Source: an uncultured bacterium
Lineage (GTDB): Bacteria > Desulfobacterota_D > UBA1144 > Nemesobacterales > UBA2774
Reading direction: 5' to 3'
Assembly: GCA_963705505.1 (NCBI GenBank)
Contig: CAVPJU010000008.1
Span: 64,001-128,000, forward strand
DNA length: 64,000 bases
The translations under genes and the position numbers were made by a program. The notes under the pieces are model-generated. The model was given only the letters and a program-made list of their open reading frames with translations. It searched no databases and was not told where the DNA came from. The number at the start of each line of letters is the position of its first letter. Position 1 is the first letter of the stretch. Shown piece after piece: positions 1-10,405 of this stretch.

Positions 1-36
1 GTCTGCCAACTCCTTTTCTATATCTGAACGCTTCAT
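1..36 (-). CDS. 5' end of a CDS running off the window (MKRSDIEKELAD...), possibly HU/IHF family
   Basis: ATG at 36 with GGGAG RBS upstream; the 12 residues resemble an HU/IHF N-terminal helix. Confidence 0.3.
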   Translation of the reverse strand, partial: MKRSDIEKELAD

Positions 37-204
37 AGCTCGACTCCCAACCATTTTAGTCCACCGTAACGCCCGCCCCGCACCTACACTTCCAATTTAG
101 ATAATTCTCAAGTGTTTGTCAAGTGTTAGATTGATTCGGAATTAAATATTTTTCCGCGCCTTAAATGCGGCATTACACTCAGGCCGGCCTTGTTTTCTCT
201 TGAA

Positions 205-1623
205 TTAAGCCTTTATCTTCTTTTTTGCGCCGCCCGCAGCCCTCGCTTCCCTGCCGCCGGCTTTTTGCCCCGCGCGCCCGCGCGCCTCCTGGTGGTGGCT
301 CAGGAACTTATTCAGGTGCATGTCCGAGTACGAGCCCTTGGGATAGTACTTGTCGTAGAACTCGACGTCTATGTTCATCGCCTGGAATACGAGCCTCATA
401 TACATCGGATCGACGAATGCGGGGAACCTTCCGTACGTGTCGTATATATAATTCGCGACGTCTTTCACGATCTGTATCGTGTTCTCGGTAGGCTTCGGCG
501 CCCTCATAAGGTGCTTGTCGGGTTCTGTATAAGGGAAGGGTTTTTCGGGCTTCCACGCTTCGCTCTTGTGATGGTGAAACGCATCGATCGCCTCGTCCAT
601 GTTTTTATAATAAGGCGGGCAGTAGGATTCGAATACACCGTCCTTTCCGACGGGGACGGTAGGCGGGGGGTCTATAACCCCTTTCTTCGGCTGTATGAAC
701 CTGAAACCGAGCCCCTTAAAGAGATGGGGCGCCGCGCCCATCGCGAACCTTGGTATGAACCCGCTGAACGTCCAGCCGGCAAGGCCCAGCGCCTGGAGCG
801 CAAGGCTCATGTTCTGGCATATAAACGCCTGCTCCACGTTGAGCCCCGTGAGTATCCTCACCTCGAGGTCAAAGAGCGACATCTTCACGCTGTCCTTGAG
901 CCTCCCCTTCGCTATCCACTTCTCGACGCCCGCGGGCTTCCCCGTGAGGTCGTCTATGATCGTGAACCCGTAGGTGTAGCTGCAGTAGAGGTGAAGGAGG
1001 TTGAGGTACTCCTCCGTTACGTCCGTAACGGGGATGAAGACGGACGTCCCCGGCTTGTTAGTATTCCACTCGTTGAATTCGAAGAGGCCCGGCATGCGGT
1101 CGGGGAGGTCGGCCCTCCCGTCCTCGAGCTTTACGAGGCTCTCGCGGTATAGCTCGAGAATCCTCTCGATCCTCTCGTTGCGGCTCATGCGGAAGAACAT
1201 GTCGAGCTCGTGGTTCTTGGGCAGCATGTGCTTTACGTTCACATGGTAAAGCCCCTTGTCGTTTGTGAAAAAAAGCTCAGTCCCGTGGTTGTTGCACGCC
1301 GAAGGCCACGTGCGTCCCGTCCACTGGCAGAGGAGGTCTATCCCCGTTTCGGGAGGCAGGTCGGCGAGGCAGAGACCGGTGAGACCCGTCCCCGCCCATA
1401 CTAAAAGCGCCTCTTCCATCTCCTCGAGCGGTATCGGTTCGTGGCGGGATTCGAACCCGAGAGTCGTGTCCACGAGCTTCATACCGAGGCCGAATCTACG
1501 GGAGCGCCTGTTGAATATAGAGTCGAATAGCGGGTAGTTAAGCGCCTGCTCGTACCTTTTGCTTAGAACGAATTTCCCGTTCCCCTTCCCGTTTTCGCCC
1601 TTATTTCTGCCGACCTTAGCCAT
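205..1623 (-). CDS. Long nitroreductase-fold (FMN-binding) hypothetical protein
   Basis: RRSRRF motif near N-terminus, GRTWPSA, EQAFICQNMSLALQALGL; GGAG RBS before ATG 1623. Confidence 0.6.
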   Translation of the reverse strand: MAKVGRNKGENGKGNGKFVLSKRYEQALNYPLFDSIFNRRSRRFGLGMKLVDTTLGFESRHEPIPLEEMEEALLVWAGTGLTGLCLADLPPETGIDLLCQWTGRTWPSACNNHGTELFFTNDKGLYHVNVKHMLPKNHELDMFFRMSRNERIERILELYRESLVKLEDGRADLPDRMPGLFEFNEWNTNKPGTSVFIPVTDVTEEYLNLLHLYCSYTYGFTIIDDLTGKPAGVEKWIAKGRLKDSVKMSLFDLEVRILTGLNVEQAFICQNMSLALQALGLAGWTFSGFIPRFAMGAAPHLFKGLGFRFIQPKKGVIDPPPTVPVGKDGVFESYCPPYYKNMDEAIDAFHHHKSEAWKPEKPFPYTEPDKHLMRAPKPTENTIQIVKDVANYIYDTYGRFPAFVDPMYMRLVFQAMNIDVEFYDKYYPKGSYSDMHLNKFLSHHQEARGRAGQKAGGREARAAGGAKKKIKA

Positions 1624-1824
1624 AGTATTCCTCCGGATTAATAACAAAAAATTATAAGCGGTAAATCATCCCCCCAATTAGAAACTTTAAAATAACTTGA
1701 CAGAAAATGCAAGGTAGTAAGGAGCCCCGTGAGGCGACGTCCGTTTTAGACCGGGTCATGCGGGCATCCCTTTGTCAATCAGGCTGATTGCCCGATACGG
1801 ACAAGAAGCGGAAGCTACGGCAAA

Positions 1825-2694
1825 TTATATGGATCTCCCCGTCAACAGCCGTTTCTCCGAAGGCGATTTCGACCCGCCGTCGGATTCTATCGTGACGATG
1901 AATTTTTCTATCTTTTCCGTCTTCCCGTATTTTTTTAACGAATCGACCTTCACGACACTGTTCCCTTCCTCGTCCACCTTGAAAACTCCGATGCTCTTGG
2001 GCACCCCTTCCACGACAACCCACCACTCGTAGGTCTTTCCGGGCGGCGCATCGGGAAGATGAAGACAGTAAAGGAGCGCGTCGTTCTCTTCTCTGTCCCA
2101 GAGCACCCTGCCCGCGGCGTGTACTTCGGGCTTTGTAGTTTGGAGTTTTATAAGTACTATCTCCGGGTCCTTCATGAACTCCGTTACCTCTTTCAAGCTC
2201 GCGAGCTTGGCCTGGAGCCCTCCGACCATACCCTCCCTCTCCGCCAGCAGGTTCTTGAGCGACTTTATCTCCTCCTCCTGGCCCGAGACCTTCCCCTCGA
2301 GATTCCCCACAATGGCTTTCTCTTCCTTAAGCGTCCCCCTGAGCGATAAGTTGTTCATAAAAAGAAAGACGATCACCGCTGCCGCAATAGCACCGCTAAG
2401 ACCGAACCATATCGAGCCGAGCCCTTTGAACAGTCCGCCGCTCCCCGCGGGCTCGCGCCTGACCGCGGTCTTCCTCGCGTACTCCAGAATCTCGCGCCTG
2501 ACTTCAGGCCCGGGCATGACCGCCCCCGCCGAATAAGGGAGCAGAGATGCCACCCTTTCGTATTCCCTCAAAAGCTCCCTCGCACGGGGCGTGTCCTCGC
2601 CTATCAGACGCTCCGCTTCCCTGAGCTCCTCCCCTTCCAGCACACCGAGCACATAGAGGGGAATCAATTCTTCCAGTCTCGAGTTATCAGTCAT
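1825..2694 (-). CDS. Anti-sigma factor, RskA (anti-SigK) family
   Basis: N-terminal ELIPLYVLGVLE, one TM helix, coiled coil, C-terminal LPDAPPGKTYEWW...VTIESDGGSKSPS. Confidence 0.85.
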   Translation of the reverse strand: MTDNSRLEELIPLYVLGVLEGEELREAERLIGEDTPRARELLREYERVASLLPYSAGAVMPGPEVRREILEYARKTAVRREPAGSGGLFKGLGSIWFGLSGAIAAAVIVFLFMNNLSLRGTLKEEKAIVGNLEGKVSGQEEEIKSLKNLLAEREGMVGGLQAKLASLKEVTEFMKDPEIVLIKLQTTKPEVHAAGRVLWDREENDALLYCLHLPDAPPGKTYEWWVVVEGVPKSIGVFKVDEEGNSVVKVDSLKKYGKTEKIEKFIVTIESDGGSKSPSEKRLLTGRSI

Positions 2695-2763
2695 ATATCT
2701 ATCAATTTTTAACGATTATCCAAGGCTTTACAAATAATATAAAACAAGCCGGCGTCCAATTAA

Positions 2764-2792
2764 ATATACGGATGTGAAAGAGTTTCGGTTTA
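2764..2792 (-). promoter_or_regulatory. Putative ECF-sigma promoter AAACC-N16-CGTATAT upstream of the anti-sigma gene
   Basis: Same motif and spacing recur upstream of msrA. Confidence 0.5.
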
Positions 2793-2984
2793 ACCGGGCG
2801 TACGTATATTATAACCGCTTAGAACCGCACGGGAGAACGTTGCCCGGCCCCGGCGACCCGTGAAAGCGAAGATAAAAACCGCACGGGAAAATATGCCAAA
2901 TATGTTATAGTCGTGTAACACAATTTTTTCAGATCGGGTTTATCCTTTATTAAGTCGTTTAATAATCAGGGACGCGGTGGACGG

Positions 2985-3569
2985 ATGACAATGCCTTCGG
3001 CTGATACGACAGGCTTACCCGAAATCGAGCGGGAGCTGAGAGAGCTCCTGAGAAAAATCGCGCGCGGCTGCGAGTCGGCGTTCGGCAAGCTCTACGACAG
3101 GACAATAGCCCAGGTCTACGGCCTCGCCCTTAAGATTCTGAGAAGCAAAACCGAAGCGGACGAAGTATCGGTCGATGTATTCAAGCAGATATGGGACAAG
3201 GCTTTCGATTACACGCCCGACCGCGGTACCCCTACAGCTTGGCTCATCATGCTCACGAGGAGCCGGGCGATCGACAGGCTGAGGTCGGATACGAAGAGGA
3301 GAAGCCTCCAGGACCCTCTGCACGACGACATCCCCTCCCCCGCCGACCCTCCGGATGAAAGCACCGAGACGAGAGAGAAACGCGCACTCATCGAAAGAGC
3401 CCTTTCCGAGCTCACCCCCAAGCAGCGGGAATCCATAGAGCTCGCATATTTTTACGGGCTTACGCAGACGGAGATATCGGACCGCATGAAAGAGCCCCTC
3501 GGCACTGTAAAGAGCTGGATGAGGGCGGGGATGGCGAGGCTCCGCGATATAATCGGCTCGGGATACTAA
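2985..3569 (+). CDS. ECF RNA polymerase sigma factor (SigK-like)
   Basis: Region 2 (AWLIMLTRSRAIDRLR) and region 4 (LTQTEIS...PLGTVKSWMR) motifs. Confidence 0.92.
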   Translation: MTMPSADTTGLPEIERELRELLRKIARGCESAFGKLYDRTIAQVYGLALKILRSKTEADEVSVDVFKQIWDKAFDYTPDRGTPTAWLIMLTRSRAIDRLRSDTKRRSLQDPLHDDIPSPADPPDESTETREKRALIERALSELTPKQRESIELAYFYGLTQTEISDRMKEPLGTVKSWMRAGMARLRDIIGSGY

Positions 3570-3584
3570 CGAGTCGTCCCGGCC

Positions 3585-3935
3585 TCAAAGAGGCAGACCG
3601 AGCTTCCTCCCGAGAGCGGCATAGGCGAGATAAAAAACCACCATCACCACTGCAGACACGGCCATAGACAGCCAGAAATTGAAATTATGCCTAAGGAGCC
3701 AGGGGAGTATCAAAAAGAAAAGCAGAGTCGGCAGCACGAGCCAGAATATTGCGACGGAGAGGTCGGCGATGCGTCCCGCATCCTTCGTATCCGTATAGAG
3801 CCAGACCATCGCAAGGAGAGAGGTCAGGGGGAGAGCCGCGAGCATAGCGGCGAAAGCCGTGTGCCTTTTGCCCAGCTCAGATACCCCGACGATTATTACC
3901 GCGGTTAAAATGGTCTTGATGACGATATATAACAT
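3585..3935 (-). CDS. DUF3147-like small membrane protein
   Basis: Four TM segments, AALPLTSLLAMVWLY motif. Confidence 0.7.
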   Translation of the reverse strand: MLYIVIKTILTAVIIVGVSELGKRHTAFAAMLAALPLTSLLAMVWLYTDTKDAGRIADLSVAIFWLVLPTLLFFLILPWLLRHNFNFWLSMAVSAVVMVVFYLAYAALGRKLGLPL

Positions 3936-4071
3936 CGCTGCACCTTCCCACCTTATATAATTGGTATTAAAATACTCCCAGTCCGCTATGCTTACAATGA
4001 CCGGGACTACGGGATTAAAAGAGCCGGAAACAGCCGGGCTCGATAACGCTTAACGCATCGGAGGTAGAGGC

Positions 4072-5037
4072 TTGAGAGTAATTTCTTACATTATTGGTGA
4101 CAATCTGCTTCTTGAGGAAGAGACATCGGCGTTGGCTCTCTCCGATAGATTAAAAGACGGCAAGCCGAGATGGGTCGATATAGTAAGCCCGAACGACGAC
4201 GAGCTCAGGAATCTCATCAAGCCTCTGGTCCTGGACGATACGATAATCGAGGAATTTATCCTGAAGGAGCGCAGCCTGCCCGTTGCGCATTCGGAAAACG
4301 AGCTCTACTTCGAATTCCCGATTATAAGGGACATGGTTACGTTCGATCACGAATACATAGCATTCCTCTGCATGCCGTCTCTGCTCATTACGATCCACGA
4401 CAATGAAATCGAGGTGCTGAACAAGCTGTCCCAGGACCTCTGCAAACACCTACACCTGCAAAGGGCTACGATAGCTTCACTCCTCTTCAACCTCACGGCC
4501 GAGCTCGTGGAAAAAAACTACTTCCTCTATATGGACCAGCGGGAAAAGATCACAAAGCTGAGCAACAAGGTTATGAAGGGACAGAACTCGATCGACGTCA
4601 GGACGATCCTTCATTTAAAGAAGAATATAGGGCGCATAAACATCATGATCGAAGACCAGCTCTACTGTATAAACACCATACAGATATACGAAGGAGTGGC
4701 TTTCGATATCGGCAAGCAGCGGAGAAACTTCGACAACCTCGAGGACGAGGTGCGTAACGGGTTCAGGTTCCTGAGCAGGTATGAGAACAGGCTCGAGGAC
4801 ATACACAAGCACTATGAGCTCATGCTCCAGGAGAAGACCAACAACAGGCTCAAGGTGCTGACCATAGTGGCGGCGATATTCCTGCCCCTTAACCTCGTAG
4901 CCGGAATCTACGGAATGAACTTTCAGTATATACCCACCCTCGATTGGGCTTTCGGATATCACGCCGCGCTTGGCTTAATGGTTTTAGTCGCCTTCTCAAT
5001 GGTTTACTACTTCTACCGCACCGGCTGGTTTAAGTGA
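4072..5037 (+). CDS. corA: CorA-family Mg2+/Co2+ transporter
   Basis: GIYGMNF signature between two C-terminal TM helices. Confidence 0.88.
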   Translation: MRVISYIIGDNLLLEEETSALALSDRLKDGKPRWVDIVSPNDDELRNLIKPLVLDDTIIEEFILKERSLPVAHSENELYFEFPIIRDMVTFDHEYIAFLCMPSLLITIHDNEIEVLNKLSQDLCKHLHLQRATIASLLFNLTAELVEKNYFLYMDQREKITKLSNKVMKGQNSIDVRTILHLKKNIGRINIMIEDQLYCINTIQIYEGVAFDIGKQRRNFDNLEDEVRNGFRFLSRYENRLEDIHKHYELMLQEKTNNRLKVLTIVAAIFLPLNLVAGIYGMNFQYIPTLDWAFGYHAALGLMVLVAFSMVYYFYRTGWFK

Positions 5038-5410
5038 CGTGCTCAAACAGGGTAGAAATCTATCTCTTGCTTTTTCCTTCCCCGACATTACAGAATTTGC
5101 GTTAAAAAAATAGATTGTTAACGCGTATAAAAATGTTTTACGGGACGATTCCGAGCAAGCAAGGAATCGGACGCCATTCGCTAAGTGCAATAATGTCATG
5201 AGTCTTGTTTCGCTAAGCCTTAATACTAATTGGGGTGGAATTAAAACATTTTAGCGTTAACATGAGATTTTTAGCAAATTCTGTATAGTCTTGATTTTTG
5301 CTTCTTTGTATCAAGACAAAGAAGAAAGAAAATTTGCCTTTGCTTTTCCTTTTGCCTTAGTATTCCCATGTCGCTTCTCACGAAGAGTTATCTGCAAATA
5401 TAATTTAGGT

Positions 5411-5590
5411 GCCCCCTCACCCTTCACCCTCTCCCCACTATGTGGGAGAGGGAAATTGATGTGCGGGCTCTTGCCTGACGTTGGTTCTGTGCATGACGGG
5501 AAGAAAAAGAAAAATCCACCCTAACCCTCCTTTACAAAGGAGGGAATTAAAAGATTAAAGACGAGATGCTGAAATAAATTCAGCATGACG
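5411..5590. repeat. Cluster of REP-like palindromes
   Basis: CCCTCTCCCC-ACTATGT-GGGAGAGGG; CCCTCCTTT-AC-AAAGGAGGG; ATGCTGAA-ATAAA-TTCAGCAT. Confidence 0.7.
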
Positions 5591-5730
5591 GTGAAAGATC
5601 CCTGCGAAGGTGCAAAGTCCGTCATTTCAATATGCCCTTCCAAACAATCAAACCCCAATTCCCCAGAACCTGATGTAAAATATAAGTCAGCCTCAATAAA
5701 AATTCCTTAAAGAGAGCGTGAAGGAAGCGA

Positions 5731-7965
5731 ATGAATTTCGAGCGAATGTTCCTGTCAACAACCGTCCTGATCCCCCTCGCTCTCGTCATAGTCGTCACCA
5801 TAGTCCTCACTTTCTTCCCGCTGGCAGGTGCGCTCGGCTTCGAGTTCTCAGCCGTTACGGGGTTCGTACTCTCGTTCATATCGGTATTCATATCGGCTGA
5901 GCTTATAGGAAGCGACAATAAACTCCACTCGGCAGGCAAAAGGATTTCCGACAGGGTATCGTCCATACTCCTCATTAACTTCGTGTTCCTGGGCGTCGTC
6001 TATCTTATCGGGCTCTTAAGCTCGCTCTTCAAAGGGGACTGCTTCATAAAGGAGGGAACGATTTTCTTCCTGCTCATTCCCGTCGTGAGCGTGTTCTTCT
6101 CCGCCTCCCTGGGACTCCTCGCCGGGTTCATCACGAAGAGACGGGGCTTCTTCGCGGGAGCGCTCATACTTATCGGGATATTCGTATATTCGCTGCTCAA
6201 GCTCTACAGAGACCCCTCGCTCTTTGTTTACAACCCGCTCTTCGGGTTCTTCCCCGGCCCTATATACGACGAGGCAATCCCGGTCACGCTCACGCTCGTG
6301 ACGTACAGGGGGATAACCGCCCTCTGGGGATTCCTTTTTCTGATACTCCTGACCCTGGCAAACGGTTTTAGCTACAGGCGGGTCGGAGCCTGGGATTTCG
6401 TAAAGCTCCTCACCGTGGGAATTTCCCTCTTCGTCGCGTATTCCCACGAGCACGAGATCGGAATAAGCTACAGCCGCGAGTACATAACCGGGGAAATACT
6501 CCCCGCGTCGGTGGAAACGGACCATTTCATCATTTACTACGACCCCGCGTCGCCCGAGGCAAAGCATATCGCGCTCATAGCCGGAGACCACGAATGGAGG
6601 TACGCCGAGCTCAGCAAATTCCTTAAGACCGACTCTCACGAAAAGATACGCTCCTACATCTATCCCGATGAGGAGACGCGGAAAAGAGTGGTCGGGGCGG
6701 GCGAGACGACGATCGCAAACCCGATTCACAAGGAGATACACCTCGTCTACGAAACCTTCCCCCAGCCGGTGCTCAAGCACGAGCTCACCCACGTAATGGC
6801 CGGGGACTTCGGGACGGAGATTCTCAGGATGAGCCCCAAGGTCGGCCTCCTCGAAGGGCTCGCAGTGGCCGCTGACTGGAGCGGGGACAGCTACAACCCT
6901 CACCAGTGGTCAAAGGCCATAATCAGGAACGGCATGGCGCCCGACATGGAAGAGATAACGGGTTTCGGGTTCTGGTACGCGCCCCCGGGTCTGAGCTATA
7001 CGCTCATGGGCTCCTTCTCCAGATACCTTATAGACACGTACGGGATCGAGAAATTCAAGACCGTTTACAGGACGGGCGATTTTTCCGTATACGGAAAGAG
7101 CCTCCCGGAGCTCGTCGCCGACTGGAAAAAGTTCCTCGAAGGCGTGGACACGCCCGAAGAGGCATTTGCGATAGCGAAAGCCAGGTTCGGCGCGCCCAGC
7201 ATTTTTACAGCCGCGTGCCCGAGGAGGGTAGCCGCGCTCAAGGCCGAAGGTTTTAAATACTACGCCGGCGACGATTACTGGAGGGCGCGCGAGTCGTTCA
7301 GCAAGGCGCTCCTCTATGACGGGAGCGACCCAGTGCTACTTAACGGGCTTGCGTACTCGAATTATTACCAAGGGGACTACGATAAGGCCGCCCGCGTAGC
7401 GGACTCCGGAGCACAGCTCTCCCAGGTTGACAGGGCGGCTCTCGAAAACCTGAAGGGGAACGCGCTCTGGCAGTCGGGCAATAAGGAGCAGGCGGAGAAT
7501 ATCTTCCGGTCCGTTCGAATGAATCCCCTGCCCCAGGACCTCAAGAGGGAGATCGACATAAAGGTCTCCGCGATCGGGGAAGGGGACGGAGCGGGCGAGA
7601 GCATACGCGAGTTCTTCTCCACGAGGGACAGGGCCATCCAGGCGGCCTCTCTCTCGGAGTCGATATTGAATTCCCCTGAGTACCCGCCGCCTTATTATCT
7701 GCTGGGCAGGCTGTTCTTCAACTCAGGCGAGTACGAAAGGGCGATACCTTATCTTTCCATGGCGGAATACCTCGGGCTTCCCTCGGACGAGATCACGGAC
7801 GAGAACCTCCGTATCCTCGGCATATCCCTCTTCGCCTCGGGAAGGTATGACGAAGCGGCGGGGATATTCACGCGTATCGCCTCCGGCGGCGACAGTGAAA
7901 AAAAGGAGTACGCCCTCGACTTCCTCGAAAGGATAGGGTGGGCCCGGACGAACCGTTTGAAGTAA
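5731..7965 (+). CDS. Membrane protein with gluzincin (peptidase MA-like) domain and TPR repeats
   Basis: About 7 N-terminal TM helices, HELTH...EGLA zinc motif, C-terminal TPR-like helices. Confidence 0.7.
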   Translation: MNFERMFLSTTVLIPLALVIVVTIVLTFFPLAGALGFEFSAVTGFVLSFISVFISAELIGSDNKLHSAGKRISDRVSSILLINFVFLGVVYLIGLLSSLFKGDCFIKEGTIFFLLIPVVSVFFSASLGLLAGFITKRRGFFAGALILIGIFVYSLLKLYRDPSLFVYNPLFGFFPGPIYDEAIPVTLTLVTYRGITALWGFLFLILLTLANGFSYRRVGAWDFVKLLTVGISLFVAYSHEHEIGISYSREYITGEILPASVETDHFIIYYDPASPEAKHIALIAGDHEWRYAELSKFLKTDSHEKIRSYIYPDEETRKRVVGAGETTIANPIHKEIHLVYETFPQPVLKHELTHVMAGDFGTEILRMSPKVGLLEGLAVAADWSGDSYNPHQWSKAIIRNGMAPDMEEITGFGFWYAPPGLSYTLMGSFSRYLIDTYGIEKFKTVYRTGDFSVYGKSLPELVADWKKFLEGVDTPEEAFAIAKARFGAPSIFTAACPRRVAALKAEGFKYYAGDDYWRARESFSKALLYDGSDPVLLNGLAYSNYYQGDYDKAARVADSGAQLSQVDRAALENLKGNALWQSGNKEQAENIFRSVRMNPLPQDLKREIDIKVSAIGEGDGAGESIREFFSTRDRAIQAASLSESILNSPEYPPPYYLLGRLFFNSGEYERAIPYLSMAEYLGLPSDEITDENLRILGISLFASGRYDEAAGIFTRIASGGDSEKKEYALDFLERIGWARTNRLK

Positions 7966-7998
7966 TCGTTTAATCCTATATAATCTTAGCTTCCGAAA

Positions 7999-8484
7999 AT
8001 GAAGAGATACAGAACCGCTGTCATCATTACCGCCCTGGTAGTCATAATCGACCAGATCTCCAAATGGCTCGTGGTCAGGTACGTGCCGCTTTACGGGAAG
8101 GTAAGCCTGCTGCCCTTCCTCGACGTCACCCATATCAGGAACCCCGGGGCAGCGTTCGGTATCTTCCGCGAGATGCCCGAATCCCTGAGGCTCCCGTTAT
8201 TCATTGCCGTCCTCATTACGGCGGTCATAGTCATAATCTACTTCCTCTCCAAGACAGGGACGGGCGACAGGCTCCTCGTCTTCTCGCTCTCTTTAATACT
8301 GGGCGGCGCGATAGGGAACTCGATAGACAGGTTCACGCTCCGGTACGTAACGGATTTCATCGACTTCCACTGGTTCGGGAACCCGGCTCTCCACTGGCCC
8401 CCTTTCAACCTCTCGGATTCCGCTATCACGATCGGTGTTATACTCATATTGCTCGACACTTTCATACTTAAACGGGGCAGGTAG
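7999..8484 (+). CDS. lspA: Lipoprotein signal peptidase II
   Basis: DQISK, NPGAAFG, GAIGNSIDR, VTDFI, FNLSD motifs. Confidence 0.95.
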   Translation: MKRYRTAVIITALVVIIDQISKWLVVRYVPLYGKVSLLPFLDVTHIRNPGAAFGIFREMPESLRLPLFIAVLITAVIVIIYFLSKTGTGDRLLVFSLSLILGGAIGNSIDRFTLRYVTDFIDFHWFGNPALHWPPFNLSDSAITIGVILILLDTFILKRGR

Positions 8485-8486
8485 CA

Positions 8487-9119
8487 ATGTTTACGGGGAT
8501 TGTAGAGGACATAGGGACGGTCACGGAGATAAAGCGCCGCTCGAAAGAATCCACACTCTCGATCGCGGCAAACAGGATCGATTTAAAAGAAGTCAGGCCG
8601 GGCGACAGCATATCCGTGAACGGCGCGTGCCTCACCGTAACTTCACTCGGCGGCAATACGTTCACCATGGACGCGTCCCGCGAGACCCTTTCGAGAACCA
8701 ACCTCGGGAGGCTCAGGGCAGGCAGCAGAGTGAACCTCGAGCGCTCCTTGAGGGCCGGGGACAGGATGGGCGGGCACATAGTGAACGGGCACGTCGACGG
8801 TGTCGGAAGAGTCAAAGCGAAAAAGAAGAGAGGGAAGTCTATAGAATTCCGGTTCACAGTCCCTGAGGACCTTTCGAGATATATCGTACAAAAAGGCTCT
8901 GTCGCCATAGACGGCGTTAGCCTGACAGTAAACTCGGCCGGCGGAGACGAATTCGCGGTGAATATAATCCCCTATACGCTTTCGGAAACTACCTTCGGCG
9001 GCCTTAAAACCGGAAGCCGCGTAAATATAGAATGCGATATAATCGGCAAGTATGTGGAAAAGTTCATGACGGGCGCCCGAGAAAAGGAGACCGTCTACCA
9101 ATCTCCCGATGAGTCCTGA
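8487..9119 (+). CDS. ribE: Riboflavin synthase alpha chain
   Basis: MFTGIVE start, GDSISVNGACLTV, GGHIVNGHVDG. Confidence 0.95.
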   Translation: MFTGIVEDIGTVTEIKRRSKESTLSIAANRIDLKEVRPGDSISVNGACLTVTSLGGNTFTMDASRETLSRTNLGRLRAGSRVNLERSLRAGDRMGGHIVNGHVDGVGRVKAKKKRGKSIEFRFTVPEDLSRYIVQKGSVAIDGVSLTVNSAGGDEFAVNIIPYTLSETTFGGLKTGSRVNIECDIIGKYVEKFMTGAREKETVYQSPDES

Positions 9120-9633
9120 ACGGAGGAATTTGAGGAACATTTTTCTTGTCGGCTTCATGGGGGCGGGCAAGACCACGGTCGGCAGGATATTGGCCGGGAG
9201 ACTCGGGTACAGGTACTGCGACTCCGACAAGGTCATAGAGACGAAAGCCGGAAAAACGATCCCCGAGATATTCTCGGGGCTCGGGGAAGACCGTTTCAGG
9301 GAGCTCGAGTCGGAGACGCTCGAATCCCTGTCCGGGAAAATAAAGCAGGTGATCGCAACGGGGGGCGGGGCCGTGATGAGGGACAGGAACTGGGATGCGA
9401 TGAAAAAGGGCGGAGTCACCGTTTATCTCAAAGCCCCTGCCGAAGTGATATGGAACCGCATAAAACACAGCAAGACCAGGCCCCTTCTCAATGTCGATAA
9501 CCCTCTCGAGGCCGCAAAGGATCTGCTGGAAAAACGCATTCCCTTCTACGAAAAGGCCGACCTTACGGTGGACACGGAGAGCCTCTCCGTCGATGAAATC
9601 GCTTCCGAAATCATAAAAAAGCTCCGTATTTAA
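9109..9633 (+). CDS. aroK: Shikimate kinase
   Basis: GFMGAGKTTVG P-loop, FRELE, VIATGGG, RPLL. Confidence 0.95.
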   Translation: MSPERRNLRNIFLVGFMGAGKTTVGRILAGRLGYRYCDSDKVIETKAGKTIPEIFSGLGEDRFRELESETLESLSGKIKQVIATGGGAVMRDRNWDAMKKGGVTVYLKAPAEVIWNRIKHSKTRPLLNVDNPLEAAKDLLEKRIPFYEKADLTVDTESLSVDEIASEIIKKLRI

Positions 9634-9690
9634 AGCGGTAATGTTAAGCCGTTTGTTCTTCACGGAAAAATTGATTAAGATTACGGAGCT

Positions 9691-10380
9691 ATGCAGATGC
9701 GTTCCCCGAAACCCGAGGGCAGCAAGAAGAAAAGCCACGAGCTCGGCTCCGAGGACTGGATAGATATATCGGTGCCGCTCTCGGACGGCATGGTGCGCTG
9801 GCCCGGCGACCCTCCCGTGAGGATATTCCGCCTTCAGGACATGGAGAAGGGGGACGATTGCAACCTTACCGCCCTCTCGATGACCGTACATACGGCGACG
9901 CATATGGACGCCCCCTCTCACTTCACGAAATTGAGGACAGGCATAGATAAAATGCCCCTTTCGGCAGTCGTCGGAAACGTGCGTGTAATAGAAATAGACG
10001 ACAGGGAAACTATCGGCGTCGGAGAAGTACGCCCCCACCGCATAAGAAAGGGAGAGCGCATACTGTTCAAGACCCGGAACTCGAAAAGGAAGTGGGACAA
10101 AAAGCCATTCGATGAAAAATTCGTCCACCTCTCGACCGAAGCCGCGATGTACCTGGTCGACCGTCAGGTCCAGACCATAGGGGTCGATTACCTGTCGATA
10201 GGGGGATATGAGGGGAACGTCGCCGAGGTCCATCACATAATCCTGAACGCCAGGATATGGGTCATAGAGGGACTCGACCTCTCGCGGGTCGAGCCGGGGG
10301 ATTACGAGCTCATCTGCCTCCCTATAAAGATAGAGAACTGCGAAGGCGCCCCCGCCCGCGCGCTCCTGCGCCCGGTTTAG
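9691..10380 (+). CDS. Cyclase / kynurenine formamidase (KynB-like) family
   Basis: HTATHMDAP metal motif, GVDYLS, PIKIENCEGAPARA. Confidence 0.88.
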   Translation: MQMRSPKPEGSKKKSHELGSEDWIDISVPLSDGMVRWPGDPPVRIFRLQDMEKGDDCNLTALSMTVHTATHMDAPSHFTKLRTGIDKMPLSAVVGNVRVIEIDDRETIGVGEVRPHRIRKGERILFKTRNSKRKWDKKPFDEKFVHLSTEAAMYLVDRQVQTIGVDYLSIGGYEGNVAEVHHIILNARIWVIEGLDLSRVEPGDYELICLPIKIENCEGAPARALLRPV

Positions 10381-10405
10381 ATATAACACGCTCTTCTCAC
10401 CATAT

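Noticed and set aside
9064..10389. 441-aa minus-strand ORF and similar long shadow ORFs (190-1152, 6016-6903, 37089-37991)
   Set aside because: Antisense to well-supported genes, no motifs; expected with GC-biased codons
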